NCBI GenBank assembly: GCA_964188305.1
Contig: OZ076886.1
Direction: 5' to 3' (one strand)
From: Podarcis bocagei
Taxonomy: Eukaryota
Length of the DNA: 64,000 bases
The position numbers were made by a program, and so were the translations under genes. The notes below the pieces were generated by a model that saw only the letters and a list, made by a program, of their open reading frames with translations, did no database searches and was not told the DNA's origin. Below are positions 1 to 14,335 of this stretch, one piece after another; the first letter of the stretch is position 1; each line of letters begins with the position of its first letter.

Positions 1-811
1 GAATGGATCCAGGTATTGCTGCTTTTACTCCCGGCAGTTTGGGTGGACTTCATGGTTATGAAATCACCAGTTTGTTTGCTTTAAAACAACACACAAATAA
101 ATAAACAGATCAGGCTTCAATAAAGCTTGCAGTTCCAGGGGGCTTGGAATCAGCCCAGGTTTTTTTATGCTATTGCGAAAGCTCCAAGCAAAAAAAAAAG
201 CAATGTGTTGCTGTATGGACTTGCCTGAATTGAATGAGTCATGCATTTAGCTTTTTCCTTCCATGCCTGCCCGGCAGGATTTGCTTTGTTAGTTGTTTGT
301 TCCCTCCAATCATGTGGAGATTGACAATATCTGCCCAGCTAAGCTGGGTACAGTTTTACCTGGGGTCTGAAACATCACTGGTAACCCCAAAGGGTAGCTT
401 CTGTAAGTTACACTGCACTACCTGTTCAATCAATGCAACATCATCCTTTGGAATTGTTCATTTGAGACATATTGTGTAAGACTCCTGAGTTTTTAATTGA
501 GGTTATGCCTTGTGGCCAGCTACATTTGGCAGCGCACAGAAGGCCCAATCAATTTCTAGGTTTTGTTACTTGTCCAATAGATTGTTAAGCACAAAACCCT
601 TAAATGGAGGGCCATGCTCTGCGTTGTGAGTCACACATTTGCACAGGAGTGGTTAATATTCATGCCAGGTGACTTCAGACCCCAGACTCATCAGCAGGAA
701 TCAGACTGGAGGCTGGGATGATTAGATTCATTGCAGAGGGCCAAGGAAACGTTGCCACAGAAGTGTGAGGTGGGCGGATTTTGCTTTATGCTTTTGGGGT
801 CTGGCTGCCAT

Positions 812-1022
812 GTTTGTTTGTTTGTTTCATTTATATTTCACTATTTCTCCAAGGAGCTCAAGGTGGCAAACATGGTTCTCCCCCTCCTTATTTAATCCCT
901 GTGAGGTATAGGTTAGGCTGAGAGGCTGCAACTGGCCCAAAGTCACCCATTGAGTTTTATGGCTGAGTGGGGATTTGAACTCCAGTCTCCCAGTTCATGG
1001 TCTGGCACTAACCACTACACCC
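812..1022 (-). mobile_element. tRNA-derived SINE (MIR/Squam3-like)
   Basis: Minus strand begins GGTGTAGTGGTTAG (A box) ... GAGTTCAAATCCCC (B box), has a core-like body and a (CAAA)n tail. Family name is from recall. Confidence 0.7.
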
Positions 1023-3967
1023 CATAATGACCAGGTTTCTAGTGACCCTGGATGGCTTTGCTCATTTTCTTGCTCTACCCACACTCCCATTTCTTCTACC
1101 TTCTGGATAGTTTAGTTGAACAATACAAAACAAAAAACAAAAAGACCCCTAACCATTAGTGTTATTTGCAGTTTGGTAAACCTTTCCTTCATTCCTCCCC
1201 TAGGTTAGCCCGTATAAAATCCTTTAAAATCCAGATTGCAGCAGACACCTTGAATATTCTTTTTTTATAGGAAGGCAGGATAGAAATATTGAAAATCAAT
1301 TAATAAATACTTTTATCTCTAAAAGACACATTCTGCAAATACTGACCTTTCACATCCTGCGAATGATTTTTTTCCCCTTGAGAAGGATTCAAACAAGATA
1401 GAGTAGCCGGTTTGCATCAACAAATGCTGGTTAAACACAGAGATAAAAACAGGGCAGTATCAGAGATGAAAGAGATTTACTCACAATTTCCCCATCTCCC
1501 AATTCCCCTTTGCAACTTTTGATACTAGCACTCTCCAGAGAAGTTACTAGGTAATTTTATTTTATTTTTATTTTTTTGCAGTTGAACAGTTAATATATCT
1601 TTTGCAGACACTGTGTTTAGTATTTTGGTAGTCCAAACTGGTTTACTCTGGGGTTTCCCAGATTGTGTCTTCTTCCCTGCCCCTTTCGAGGGTGGAGGGT
1701 GTTGTAATTTTGTCATAAAAATCAGTGCATTTAACAGTAACTCATTCTGGCTTTCCCCTCATGCTCCCTGATGCATAAGCAAGGGAAGGCGCTCCATATT
1801 AAAAGTCACATGCGTGCATGCTATTTAAAACCCTATTTTGATGCCTCCAGCTTTGCTGTTGAACTCATCCCACCTCCAGGAGGTCAGTTTTCTTCTTCAC
1901 CTTCAATGCTAGCATCCCTTGACTGTGGCCTCCAATTCAGTACGGATGCCATTATGTGTAGGAGCATTGCGCACATTTCTGCCTATGGAAACAAATCTGT
2001 TGACCCAATTTTATGCACAGTGCAGAGAGCTTGTTCTGGCAGTCACTATTCATGCGTGGTGGTCAGTGTGAAGACAGCAAATGTTTGAATTTAAAAGGCT
2101 GTCATTTTGAGAGGTGGGAGGTAAACAGGCCCATTTCTCAGCTTATGTTTGCTGAATGAGAAAACTGAATATTTCCTTTCAAGATACTTCAATGAGTCTC
2201 CACTTCAAATTCTCCCTTCCTAGTCAGAATATGAACGCTTATTCTACCTCCTCTTTTTCTTTTTAATAATTTTAATAATGTCATATTGTTTATAATTTGT
2301 AGCCAAAAAGCAGTAGCAGACTGTAAGCATTGTCAAATCATACAGAGGAAAAATAGACTCAAAGTGTAATAGAATCAAAGGGGTTCTGAGAATTTCTGGA
2401 TCACACAACCGAGGCTTCCCTGAGTCTTTGTGCACCTGGGGAGTCAACAATCATCCATTCTATAGCAAGATACTAACCCTTATTTCTCTCCCAGAGTCAG
2501 ATGCAGTTTCTGCTCACCAGTTTTGATGGGGACTTACGACACTGCCGTTCAGCTTGCTTGATCTATCAGTTCATCCAGATGTTTTCCAGTTTTGGTTGTC
2601 CAATATAGGGGAGGGAGTATTGTTTTACACAATGCCTCATTGAGGTTCAGAGGTGATCATATCACTTCCAACTTGCAGCAAGAGGCTTGCGGTGGCTCAG
2701 GAGGAAGACTGGAACTCATCTGTTTCACAAGTGCTCCTGAGGTGCTTGGAGTCTCTCCAAACCAAAGCGCAAGGCAGATGAGTCCTACTGGCCTTTCCTG
2801 AGCATGGAGTCATCTCCACAGTCATGTGGTCCCACTAAAGCATTTGGATCACCTCCAAAGCAGTGTAGGCAACCCCTCGGCTCCTTCCCCAGCTCTGAGC
2901 ATTAATCACGCTCACTACAGCAAGGATGAAAGCTTGCCATGGCAAGTCAATGGAGCTCTTGCTCCATGTAACCTAGTGCTATCTATTTAACTGGAAGTGG
3001 CTTCAAAGCATGTATTTTGCTGCCGAGCGACAGCCTCTCACCAAAACCATGTAGAGCCTCTGATAACACAGGGTGTGCTTTCAAAACACAGTTTACATTA
3101 CATGGAGCTATGCCCTAAGCTTTGTAAAGAGGCTAATATGTTTTGACTGGAGGTGATTTTTTACCTCAGCCCACCACAAATATGGCTCCCATTTTGTTTC
3201 AGTTGTGCTATAGTAATAGGTCCTTAATTCTTTTGCCACCGCTTCCTCTCCCCTTGACTTCGCTTACATGTAACAGACCAGAATGTATATTATGTGAGGT
3301 AATTCAGAGATGACCACAGAGCGAGAAATGCTGCTGCCGCTGGGTAACCACTGAGAGCCCAAACAGAGGCCATTTGATTCCTTTCTCCTCAAGGGTACCT
3401 TTGTTTCAGGTCATTGCTTGCAATGATGAGGCTGTGGTTAGAACTAATTTAGTGTGCCTTCCAGTTAGTAAAGAGAGGAGGCTCGCCATCTTATTTTTCC
3501 TGCTATCTTTAGAAATTAATTTGTGTCCCATCTGTTGTCCAGTTGGAAGGACTGTGTGGCTGCCCTTTTTGAAGAAGAAAAGGCCAACCCCCGGCCCCTT
3601 TCCCAGCCAGAAGCACCTTAAAAGTGCAATTATTTCCTGCTGCAAGCTTGCAAGCAAGGGCCAAACTAGATACCATTTGCCCTAACAGCTTGTGTTTTTA
3701 AATAAAAACAAGAGCTTTCTCTGCCATTCCCCACTTGAAATCCCCTTTCCACCTTCTTTCCAATCCATGGTAGAAGACCAGTGGTCAGGGATGATGGGAG
3801 TTGTAGTCCAACAACATAGGGGACCCACAGGTTGAGAACTGCTGCTCTATACCATTAGCCAGCAGAAATAAAAATTGCCTTTTGCTATTTAGTTATTTTT
3901 AATGTACATGACTTGTAGAGTTTCAGGTGCCACGTGTGCAATTGGCTCATCAAGTAGCTCTTCATTA

Positions 3968-4050
3968 ATAGAATCATAGAACTGTAGAGTTGGAAGAGAC
4001 CTCAGAGATCATCTGATCCAACCCCCTGCAATGCACGAATCTCAGCTAAA
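3968..4050 (-). mobile_element. CR1-type 3' tail fragment (SINE/LINE remnant)
   Basis: Plus strand ATAGAATCATAGAACTGTAGAGTTGGAAG...CCAACCCCCTGCAATG, same tail as the copies at 10473, 14336, 17290 and 39852. Confidence 0.7.
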
Positions 4051-4107
4051 GCGCCAGTACGTTTTTCCCATCGCATCTCCACAGCAGGACCCTGACTTTG
4101 CATGAAC

Positions 4108-4345
4108 TAGACAGAACCAGGCAGAGGGCCTTCTCGGTAGTGGCGCCCACCCTGTGGAACACCCTCCCTTCAGATGTGAAGGAAATAAGTAGCTATCCTA
4201 TCTTTAAAAAACATCTGAAGGCAGTCCTGTTCAGGGACGTTTCTAATATTTAATGTTTTTAACACTTGATTGGGAGCCGCCCAGAGTGGCTGGGGAAACT
4301 CAGCCAGATGGGCAGGGTATTAATAATAATAGTAGTAGTAGTAGT
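4108..4345 (+). mobile_element. L2/CR1-clade LINE 3' end
   Basis: AGGGCCTTCTCGGTAGTGGCGCCCACCCTGTGGAAC...GCCGCCCAGAGTGGCTGGGGAAAC followed by a (TAA)n/(TAG)n tail, typical of lizard L2 3' ends. Confidence 0.65.
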
Positions 4346-6817
4346 AGACTATTATTTTAATTTTATTTTATTGAATATTGCTTTTCTTTAATAAATAAAA
4401 AAGGCTGCAATTTATCCACCCACCACACAAGCGCAACTTCCCACTGTTACGTGTGGAGTGCATGTTGAGCCGCTGTCGCTAGCGTAAGGCTCCTATGAAT
4501 ATAGTCCTTAAAAGTCTCAGTTTGTGTGTGTTCTTTTAATTTTATGGATTCCACAAAAGCCTTAGTGAAAGAAGTGGAAACAACAAAGGAAGAGGAAGCC
4601 AAATGCTTGATTAAAAAACTAACTAAAGCTTTTTTTTTTTTTTTTGCAAGAGCTGGTCACATTTTCAGACTGTCCCTGTAACAATGGCAAGTGCTTCATG
4701 CACATTCGTTCCCATGAACTTTGCACTTGAGAACCTCTGGGTATACAAGCCATTATTATTATGAAATTGAAAGGGAGTGGTAGGTCTCAAATTCCCCGGG
4801 ATCACAGAAAAGTAGGACTTGGTTGGGCTCATGTTTTCCATGAGTCTAGTACAGCAAAGGGAGGCCAAGCCGGGGGCAGAGGGGAATTCATTGATTTGAA
4901 TTCTGAATTTACTTTTGAAGAAGTTAACTGTGGCATCTCATGCCAGTGCCTTTGTTAGGCAATCATGGTTTCATGTCACAAAATTTTATAAACCTGCAAG
5001 ATTTGAGTGTGAAACATCCTGTTAACTCTGTTCAGTCTACTAATAAGAGAGATAAAAAGCTTTTGACTCGGCTTATTAAAACTATCTAATGCATAGAGCA
5101 AAAGGGTGTTAATATATATATATAAAACCGACTTTCTCCTACTTATCTGTACTCCACAAGATGGTTTGACAATATTGCCTAGAAGCACGGTGCAGTGGTT
5201 ATAAAAAGAGCAGTTAAAGTAATGGATCCTTCGCAGTCCTGGATGGATACTTTAGAAACGTCTCAAATTGATAAAAAGAGCAGCTTCTGCAATTCCTCAA
5301 ATACTTCTCCAGCCATTCATAATAACTACTGGACAGAAGGGAGTTTACGAAAAGGGAGGAGTGTGACTGTTGTCTCTTTAACCAGAAAATAAGAACCTCT
5401 GGATTTAAGCCAACTAAGTGACTGCATGAGTGGAACAACCTTTGCTCACACAACTGAACTTCCTTTCCCTCACCTGCACCCACACCATCCACAAATCTGC
5501 TCCAGAGGGTTGGGGAAAGCCTCAGAGCTCATTCATTAAATTTGTTGTATGCCACCATGGTGTCAGTACATAAATGACAATTAACAGATTGATGTCTTGT
5601 TTCATACCCAGATCCTTTTTGCTCAACAGTTTTTATTTTCTCTTCATTTCTTGCTGTGCTATGCCTGTTGTTTGACTCCTCCTTGCTCTCCTATAACATC
5701 AGAGTTAGTTGTTGCAAAACACCAGGCAGCAGTTGCCTTATGCCAAGTGCATGCCAAGGCAATCCTGGAATTGTGTCTTATAATAATATTGGCTTTTCAG
5801 CACTGTTAGGCAGCACCCATGTGTATTTGGCTTCAAGAGAGGAAATTACAAGGGATAAATGATTACCCAATTTGTTGAGACATGGAGGTGAACCCACAGA
5901 CTTGTAGCTTGTGCTATTACCCACATATTAATCAGAGCAGTGTGTAATGTTCAGTGCCATTAGTCTGGGCGCCAGTGGGCTCCGGCATGCTTAATGTGAC
6001 TTTTGTAGCATTAGACATGGTTTCAGAGCAAGGGCACCTCTCGGTTTTTCTGTCTTCAATAAAAGCTTTGATCTTGATTGTAGTGAGATACATAATATGT
6101 ACACACACACAAAATGCATGCACACAGACACACACACACACGGAGAGAGAGTGAGTATATATATATATGGTATCAGGAAGATATTTAAGAATAGAAACAA
6201 TTTCAGCAGAAGCTGGCATTATTTTGCAGAACACATCTTAAAATTTTCCAAAACATGTCAGGCTCCAGCATCCATGTGCAAAGGTGATTCTGTGTTCTGT
6301 TGGGGCATCTCAGAACTTCACACCAGGAGTGGGGGACCTCTTCAGCCAAAGGGGCACATTCCCTTATCGACATCCTTTGGGGGTGGGGCACCTGCTAGTA
6401 GTGGGTGTGGCCAGAAGCAACAGTGGGTGGAGTGATGAATGTGATTCATAGCTTTGTACAAGAAGCTGCATTCAAGCCACACAGAAGTCAGAGGTTTTGC
6501 ATACACACAGACATGTCCCTCCCTCCAGGCGAGCAAGAGACATCATCATCACTTTCCAGCCAGGCAAAAGTACTTCAAGGTGTGGAGCCAGCTTGCAAGT
6601 AGCATGGCCTGGGATGTGGCTAGGGGAGAGTCCCAGTGACCAAACATAGAGAGGCCTGGGGGGCTGAGGATCTCCACCAGTGCCGCATACTCATACTCTG
6701 GTTGCCCATCTTTATTGCTGCTCTGACTGGCTTCTTTGAAAAAGGAACCTGAGGCTCTCTATGAGTCTCTTGCCTTTCCTGATCTCTCCCATGCTTTTCC
6801 TCCACTCTGGACTACAG

Positions 6818-6963
6818 GTGTGGCCTCCTGCAAGTTGGAGATAGGGTGCTTTCCATCAACAGCATTGCAACAGAAGATGGGACAATGGAAGAAGCCAACC
6901 AGCTCTTGCGGGATGCAGCACTTACTAACAAGGTTGTGCTGGAGATTGAATTTGATGTAGCAG
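6818..6963 (+). CDS. GRIP2: GRIP2 exon, C-terminal half of PDZ4 ([48 protein letters not shown])
   Basis: AG/GT flanked, 146 bp, GRIP-family PDZ4 peptide. Upstream exons were not found in the window. Confidence 0.95.
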
Positions 6964-7524
6964 GTATGGAAACAATTGTTTGATACAGCCCCAAACTCCC
7001 TTTTAATGGTGCTTCTTTGTCTTCAGACAATGTCTTAAAACTGTGGATTTAATGGATTTTGGAGGCAGCACCAAGTTGTTTTCAGCAGTTGAGAAATTAG
7101 ATCAGGCTCATGAACTCAGTTGTTTCTTAGCAAGTACTCCTTCTTGAAGCTAGAAATAGAGGGTTTCCCTCAAGCTTCTAGCATCGCTTCAGTATACTTT
7201 TGGAACAGCCTTTGGGAAAGCTTCAAACATACCATCAGTGGTATTGCAACTTTAGTGGAACTTAACTAGGAGAGGGACTGTGGCCCAATGGCAGAGAACA
7301 TACTTTCCATACACACACACACACAAAAAAAAAAAATACCTGGTAGATGTTCTTAGATGTTTTAATTGTTTTATCATTTATGTGTTGGCTACTCAGGGCT
7401 CCTTTGGCAGGAAATCTGGGATGGAAATAAATGAATAAATTAATTAATACTATGATCTCCACTTCAAATACCATCTTTGTGTTAGCTCTTAGCTGCGTAT
7501 TCCCACAATTTAAGTTGTGAGTGA

Positions 7525-7922
<398 letters not shown>

Positions 7923-8749
7923 TATTCCAAAAAATAGTAATTTCAATAAATCCTAATAGTTTCACATTTTTATATTTATCCAAAGTTCACACTTAAATCA
8001 GTCAAGGCATCTTAGTAGAATTACATCAGATTAGTTCCTGGCTGCATCTAGTGTTGTGACCATTATATTTAATATTCAAATTCCAGATGAGTGCATACTT
8101 AAAAATAAAACTAAATAGCCATAGCTACATCACCACCTCTTGACTATAAAATGAAACCAATAGTGGCTGGCATCATAGGGCTTTTGTGAATATGAACATA
8201 ATTATGAAACAATTAAGAAACAATAATTTAACTGATGATGGTATGTCAAGTGCAGGTGATCAAAGCATGTGATACTTGCTGCAAAACAGATACTTGCTGA
8301 GTTTTGCAGTAAGTGGAGTAAACAACTGGTCCTTTTAAAATAATTTGTATAATATGTAATGTGCCTCTTCTGGCCTCAGCTGGAATATTTTAATTCAAAT
8401 ACTTTAATTAAAGTCTTAGTTAAAATAGCTTCTCCGAGGATTGCTTGAGAGGGTTACATCTTGCAAGACATCATTTTGTCTAATCATGATTAAAACTCTT
8501 CCTGTACTGTATAAGTTTCACAAAATATTTTGAACTTGTAAGCAGGTCAAGATCAATTCATATTTTTCCTTTCAATGTGCTGAAAACTTTTTTCATTTGG
8601 GTCTACGTTTTACCATGTGGTAGAGTCTACCTAAGGAGTTGGCACAAATTTGATAAGGATCTGTAATCTCGCCAAATGATTTGTGATTGACACCAAATAG
8701 TTTAGTAATAGCAATGTCAGAAAGTCCTTTTCCTCCTTTGTAAATTAAA

Positions 8750-8837
8750 GCGCAATCCTACGCATATCGACTCAGAAGTAAGCTCCATTGAGTTCAGTGG
8801 GATTTATTCCTAGGTCAGTGTGTTTAAGATTGCAGTC
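8750..8837. mobile_element. About 90-bp inverted-repeat MITE-like element (GCAATCCTA...GATTGC family)
   Basis: Terminal inverted repeats; related copies near 11700, 30360, 36906, 41865, 47263, 52388, 60160 and 60320. Confidence 0.7.
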
Positions 8838-10472
8838 TGAGGCAGCTGAAACCAACAAAACTTGGAGGGGAGGAACACCAGGAGTAGATTTTTATGTGAA
8901 AAGACTGTGGTTTTAAGACTAGCACTGAAAACCATGTTAGAAGCCCTGATCTTACTACTGCAGACAGGAGAGACTTTCAACACATGTACATTGGTAGTAC
9001 GTGAAGCGGAATTTAACCCTCCTCAGAAATACCTTTGTGAATCGTTCTGTTCTGTATTCAGGATTTGGAGGAGAGCTTGAAAGGAATACCCTGCTAGAAC
9101 AATGTTTAATTTATAAACCCTGTCTTAAATTAATGGATTCTACAGAAGTATTCTAGTAGTAGTAGATTTTTATGCTGACTGCTCCTCTTTTGTAATTCAG
9201 ACCTGAAATGTATTTTGTCATGTGTATATTTGTGTTCCCCTTTGCTCAGCTATCCTTGAGTTCTCGTGGCTTTTTTAAATCATTTTTCTCCCCCCCCCCA
9301 AACCCTTATGAACACTTTGTTTCTGAGATGTGGCTTCATAGCTGTATTAGACTTTGTTTAATTACACATTTCCCAAATGCTGCTTTGTCTCAATCAATAG
9401 TAGAAGGTGTTTTATAACTGGCAGAGTCACTGGTGCATGTGAGTTATGTGCTCAAGCTCCTCTGAGGGGAATGATTTCCCGGTCCAAGTCATTATGCATC
9501 CTATTAAAAACACAAAATGGACATGTGTTTTGAGACACTTCATCTATCATACCATAAAGCAGAAGTAGACAGGCTCCCTGCAGATATTGTGGGAGCATGC
9601 CTACGAATCAGGAAAAGTAAATAAGAATGCCAAACATCCTTCCTCTTTTGTTGTGCTGAGACATGAGCTGGTACCCTCAAAACGTGGAATCACCCTTAAA
9701 TGCCCCTTAGTTTGAATACTGTGATCCATACAAAGGCGGCCAGCTGGCCGAGTTGTGGGCTCAATTGGTGCAGTTACTAGCAAGACTGAGATCTCTTTAC
9801 TTGCCAGCTGCAACAATGAAGGCGAACAGGGCGCAGGAAGGATAGCTTGTGAAATAGTATCAAGTTGGTTTGACAACAGCTTGCATTTCTGTTGTCAAAA
9901 TGCCTGGTTATTGATCTGCAGAAATGTCACAAAGCTAAGCGTGTTTAATGTAGTAATACCTAAGAAAGAGAGTTTTTGATTGAGGTTTGGTGCGTTCTCC
10001 AGATTTCTTCTGCAGAGAATATTTTAACTTCTAAGCCTCAGACTACAGTGAAACTTTGGAGCAGAAGCCGTACATATGCAGACATACATACACATGAGTC
10101 TTCTGGTGCAATGGAGCATTATATAAGGAAGTCTCTTTTTTTAAAAGAAATTATAATTCCAAACAGGTGATTAGCCTGTAGTTAGCAATTGGTGGGATGG
10201 TGAGCCTCAATCATATAGACTGCGTTCAGACATCACACTGAATTTTGGTTTAGCAAGATGTGAACAAAGCTAGCCTTCTTCCAGGCTGACTCCCTTCTCT
10301 TTCCTTCTGTGTGACCAAAAGTCTGCAAGCTTTAGCTTCTACTCTTGGATATTATGTTGAATAACTTCAGTTTGTCAGTCTGGGCAACCTGACAAGCCAT
10401 GGGGCGCTCAGTGGTACAGCTGATCCCTGCAGAAGACAGCTTTGCTAGTACTACGCTTTGCACTTGGGAAAG

Positions 10473-10616
10473 TCATAGAACCATAGAGTTGGAAGGGACC
10501 ACAAGGGCCAATCTAGTCCAACCCCCTGCAATGCAGGAATCTTTCCCCCCCAATGTGGGGCTCAAACTCATGACTCTTGAGGTTAAGAGTCTCATTCTCT
10601 ACTGACAGAGCTATGC
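10473..10616 (-). mobile_element. tRNA-Lys(CTT)-headed SINE with CR1-type tail
   Basis: Minus strand ATAGCTCTGTCAGTAGAGAATGAGACTCTTAACCTCAAGAGTCATGAGTTTGAGCCCCACATTGGG resembles tRNA-Lys-CTT; tail matches the CR1 3' end. Confidence 0.8.
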
Positions 10617-11846
10617 CAAGTTCCAAGCAGGAAGCCTACAAAGTCCCTTACACTGTGGTTCTCAAGCACTGCGCAAGGGACTTTTACAAGAGGGCGAGAC
10701 AACCCACCTATCAATCATCTGATGTCATAACAACACCTAGTGAATGACAGGCAGGTTGCCCCACCCACCTGTAAAAATTGACCTATGGGAGTGGGATCTG
10801 CCTGTCAGGCCAAAATGGTTTCCCACCCCTGCTCTAGTACATAGCACCATAGGAAACAAGGACACAACTCAAGAAGGCATGGTGGAGTTCTGGTAGAATA
10901 GAATGGAGATATACATGAAGCCTTTAATATGAATTGCCAGATAACAAGCCTGAGCTGCATATAATGGCTCCATGAATTAAAAACAAAGCAAACCCATTCT
11001 AATTTCAGCATTGGATTAAAAGGCCAGCTGAAAGAAAACCTGAGTGGTGAACAGGAAGAGGTGGCGCTTGCCCATGAGAATTTAATTTGGCTAATAAGAT
11101 CTAGTAGGGTTAATTGAATACTAATTGACTGCTGATCAGTAGTCCCCTAAATTCGTTTGTATGATTTGCATATTGGGAGGAGCATCACAGAACAATCAGT
11201 ACGATACTGAATTACTTTTAAGAGGAGAGTTTGCCTTGTTTAATATTATTAAGCGTTGTTGTTTTTTGTAAAGTGTTCTAATTATATGTGACTATTTAAA
11301 GCAAATTGAATTGTTACCAGTTCTGCTGAATTCTGGGCTGGAAATTCTTTTAATTACCGGTATGCAGCACAGCTTCCTAGACCTATGTTGCTACATCCAA
11401 ATTAAATATCATTAAGCCTGTTTTGAAAAGCGTAATTCAAATTTTGCCATTGACAAACCAGCTCCAGAGACCGAATTATTTCTTCTCTGGTGGTATCTTC
11501 TTTTGTGCTTATTAGTGAGTGGGTTGCTGCATTCAGCAATAATGTGTGTTGTACCAGGATAAATGTAGGCCTAGCGTGCATATCTAACTTTGATGAGAGA
11601 AGTGTAGTTTGGGGCAATTACAAGGCCAATTCATGGAGAGTTGGATTATTTTATGCCTCTGCTATCTGTAAGAGCCCTTCAACAAGTTAACCTTAATAAA
11701 TGCTGGGAAATGGCTGGGAGTAAGATCCATTGGACTTGGCCAGCTATGCTTCTGAGTACATGTGTAGAGAATTGCAGTGCTAGACCTTTCTGCCTACTTC
11801 TACCATTGCTGAGATGATCTAATAATGGTTGATTGGACTATGCATA

Positions 11847-12191
11847 AAGGTGAAGGTAAAGGGACCCCTGACCATTAGGTCCTGTCGTGGCCAACTCTGG
11901 GGTTGTGGCTCTCATCTCATTTTATTGGCCGAGGGAGCCGGCATACAGCTTCCGGGTCATGACTAAGCCACTTCTGGCGAACCAGAGCAGCATACGGAAA
12001 CGCCGTTAACCTTCCCGCCAGAGCGGTACCTATTTATCTACTTGCACTTTGATGTGCTTTTAAACTGCTAGGTTGGCAGGAGCAGGGACCGAGCAACGGG
12101 AGCTCACCCCGCCGCGGGGATTCGAACCGCCGACCTTCTGATCGGCAAGTCCTAGGCTCTGTGGTTTAACCCACAGCGCCACCCGCGTCCC
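11847..12191 (-). mobile_element. Sauria SINE, near full length
   Basis: Minus strand runs GGGACGCGGGTGGCGCTGTGGG to an (ACCTTT)n tail; CTATGCATA occurs on both flanks (partial TSD). Confidence 0.92.
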
Positions 12192-13916
12192 TCTAGGTCT
12201 ATGCATAGGTACTGACTAATTGCATTTTTATATTATTCAATAGAGGCAAATTTGTTCAACTAGGAAGGGGGGGAAACAGGAGAAAGATCTGAACAGCTTT
12301 GGAACTGATTCTTGTTATCTCCCTCTATACCATTTCTGTGGTAAAAATGCCCTTAGTTTTAAACAGGTATCGGATGTCCTGGTCTGCTCACAATCAGATG
12401 TGGCTGAGAAAAAGATAATGAAGTGAAATGCTTCCTGGCAAGAAGCCGTACTCTTGGATTCCGTCTGCAGTCCTATGTGACAGGGCTGGGGGAACTTCAG
12501 GCCAATGGATTGAATGTGGCCCTCAGGCCTGCTTGGGATCTGTCCGTGAGCTGTGATAGTGCCTGCTGCTTGCCTGGAGGAAGGACGCAATGGGTGGACA
12601 TGTGTGTTGGAACCTCTGGATTTTGTGTGACTGGAACGCAGCCTGCTGTGCAAAGATAATAGTCACATGTGTTGCTTCATCCACTTTTATCTCTGGCCTT
12701 CCCCACAACTAGCATACAGCCTCGGAAAGGTTGCTCACAAGGGAACGTTGCACTGGAAAATGTTCCCCGTCCCTACTCTATGGGTACATCATCTTGTTGT
12801 ATGTCGAGTATGTGGAATCTCTAGGACACCTGCTCCCTCCCCTTTTACTCTTGAGCTATCTTTGTGGATCTGTCCACTGTTATACTCCTGCCATAGGAGA
12901 AGGAAAAGGTTGCACCATCAAAGATAGCTGAAGGGTGGTGGGTGTTCCACAGTATTTCCTCTTACCCCCCATTCACCACCTCCCCATCTTTTGGTCACTT
13001 TGATTTCTTTATTGCTCTCCTAATAATGGTTCTTGCCACCCCTTTGCTTCCCAAGCCTAGTTTTTCTGGAGCCATCTGCGCTCACCCTTTGTTAGGGATG
13101 TTGGAGGATTCTGACGGGAATGGAAATTGCTTCTTTTTGTTTATTCGTCCCACGTCTGGAGCAGAAATCAGTCCAGCAAATATGATCAATATTTGCTTCT
13201 CTTGTTCTTTTCAGTCTGCATAATCGATAACTTTCCCTCCCTGAGTTGCATTGCGTTTCCTTTGCATTGAAATGAATGGTATTTGTGTTTAAATAAATGG
13301 TGTGGCGTAACGTGATGATAAATTAACCACGTAATGAATTATGTAAGATTCCACTGTATCAGACAATTCGTGAGAGGAATTGTATAGTTTCTGTTGGCAG
13401 TCAAACTGCAGTGGAGCAGAAACAGTGCTGCATGAGACGAAACACGGGCCTGAACAGAAATTTTTACTTTTTACTCTTCTCTTGTCCAGGTCATTGGTTT
13501 CTGTGAATATGACTCAGTTGTTTGGATCATAACATAAATCAAGTTGTGGTAGTTCTCCCCCCCCCCTCTCCACAGCTGATGGGGGATTCAAGCCTGGGGG
13601 TCCTGCAGTCTAACCATTGCACCACACGGGCTTATATTGTTGCCATAATCATGACGCCATGAAAGTCCAGAAAGAAATCTCCTGTTTGGGGATAAGTGTG
13701 TAGAAATGTGTTGTTCTTAAAGTGCCTGTCAATGCCAATGCTTAATAAACATTAGGCCAAGTGTTAGGCTTTCTCAGCATGAATCTTCCATTCAATTTTG
13801 AATTCCAAAGACTTGTATAATCTACTGTTTCCTACTTTGTGAAGTTAGTGTAATGCTAAAGATTATCCTAGAGGTACAGATTGAGTTTTGACTCTGTGGT
13901 ATCTCTCTCATAACAG

Positions 13917-13980
13917 CAAGCAGAAAGTCTGGGGAGCCTTTAATTATCTCTGATATCAAGAAGGGAAGTGTAGCACACAG
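13917..13980 (+). CDS. GRIP2: GRIP2 exon, PDZ5 ([21 protein letters not shown])
   Basis: cag|...ag|gtaagt, 64 bp, phases 1 to 2. Confidence 0.95.
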
Positions 13981-14335
13981 GTAAGTGAAGAATCTAATTT
14001 TCCACTTACAAGTCTCAGACACTAAATCAGCTGAACCCAGTTATCCAATCCAAGGTCCTGTTCATACAGTGGCCAACCAGATGCCTATAAGATGCCAGCA
14101 AGCAGGGCCTGAAGGCAACAGCAAAGCTCTTTCTCAGACCAGCCTCCTGAGATCTTTTCAGCTTAAGATGTTGGGGGTTGAACTGGGTTCGTTGTGCAAA
14201 GTATGTGTGCTCTGCCTCCTTCCCAAACATCAGGACCAATGAACTGTAACACCAAACATTTTCCATGTCTTCTGAAGTTTTCAGATGTTTGCATATTCTC
14301 ATCCTGTGCGTAATTAGACTTGCTGAAGTTATTCA

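Noticed and set aside
4995-5616. Two opposite-strand ORFs both containing MFHTQIL, suggesting an inverted repeat
   Set aside because: Similarity covers only about 20 nt with mismatches and does not extend.
13312-13453. Possible C/D box snoRNA (GTGATGA...CTGA); a similar pair at 35567-35652
   Set aside because: No terminal stem and no recognisable rRNA/snRNA antisense element; such motifs arise often by chance.
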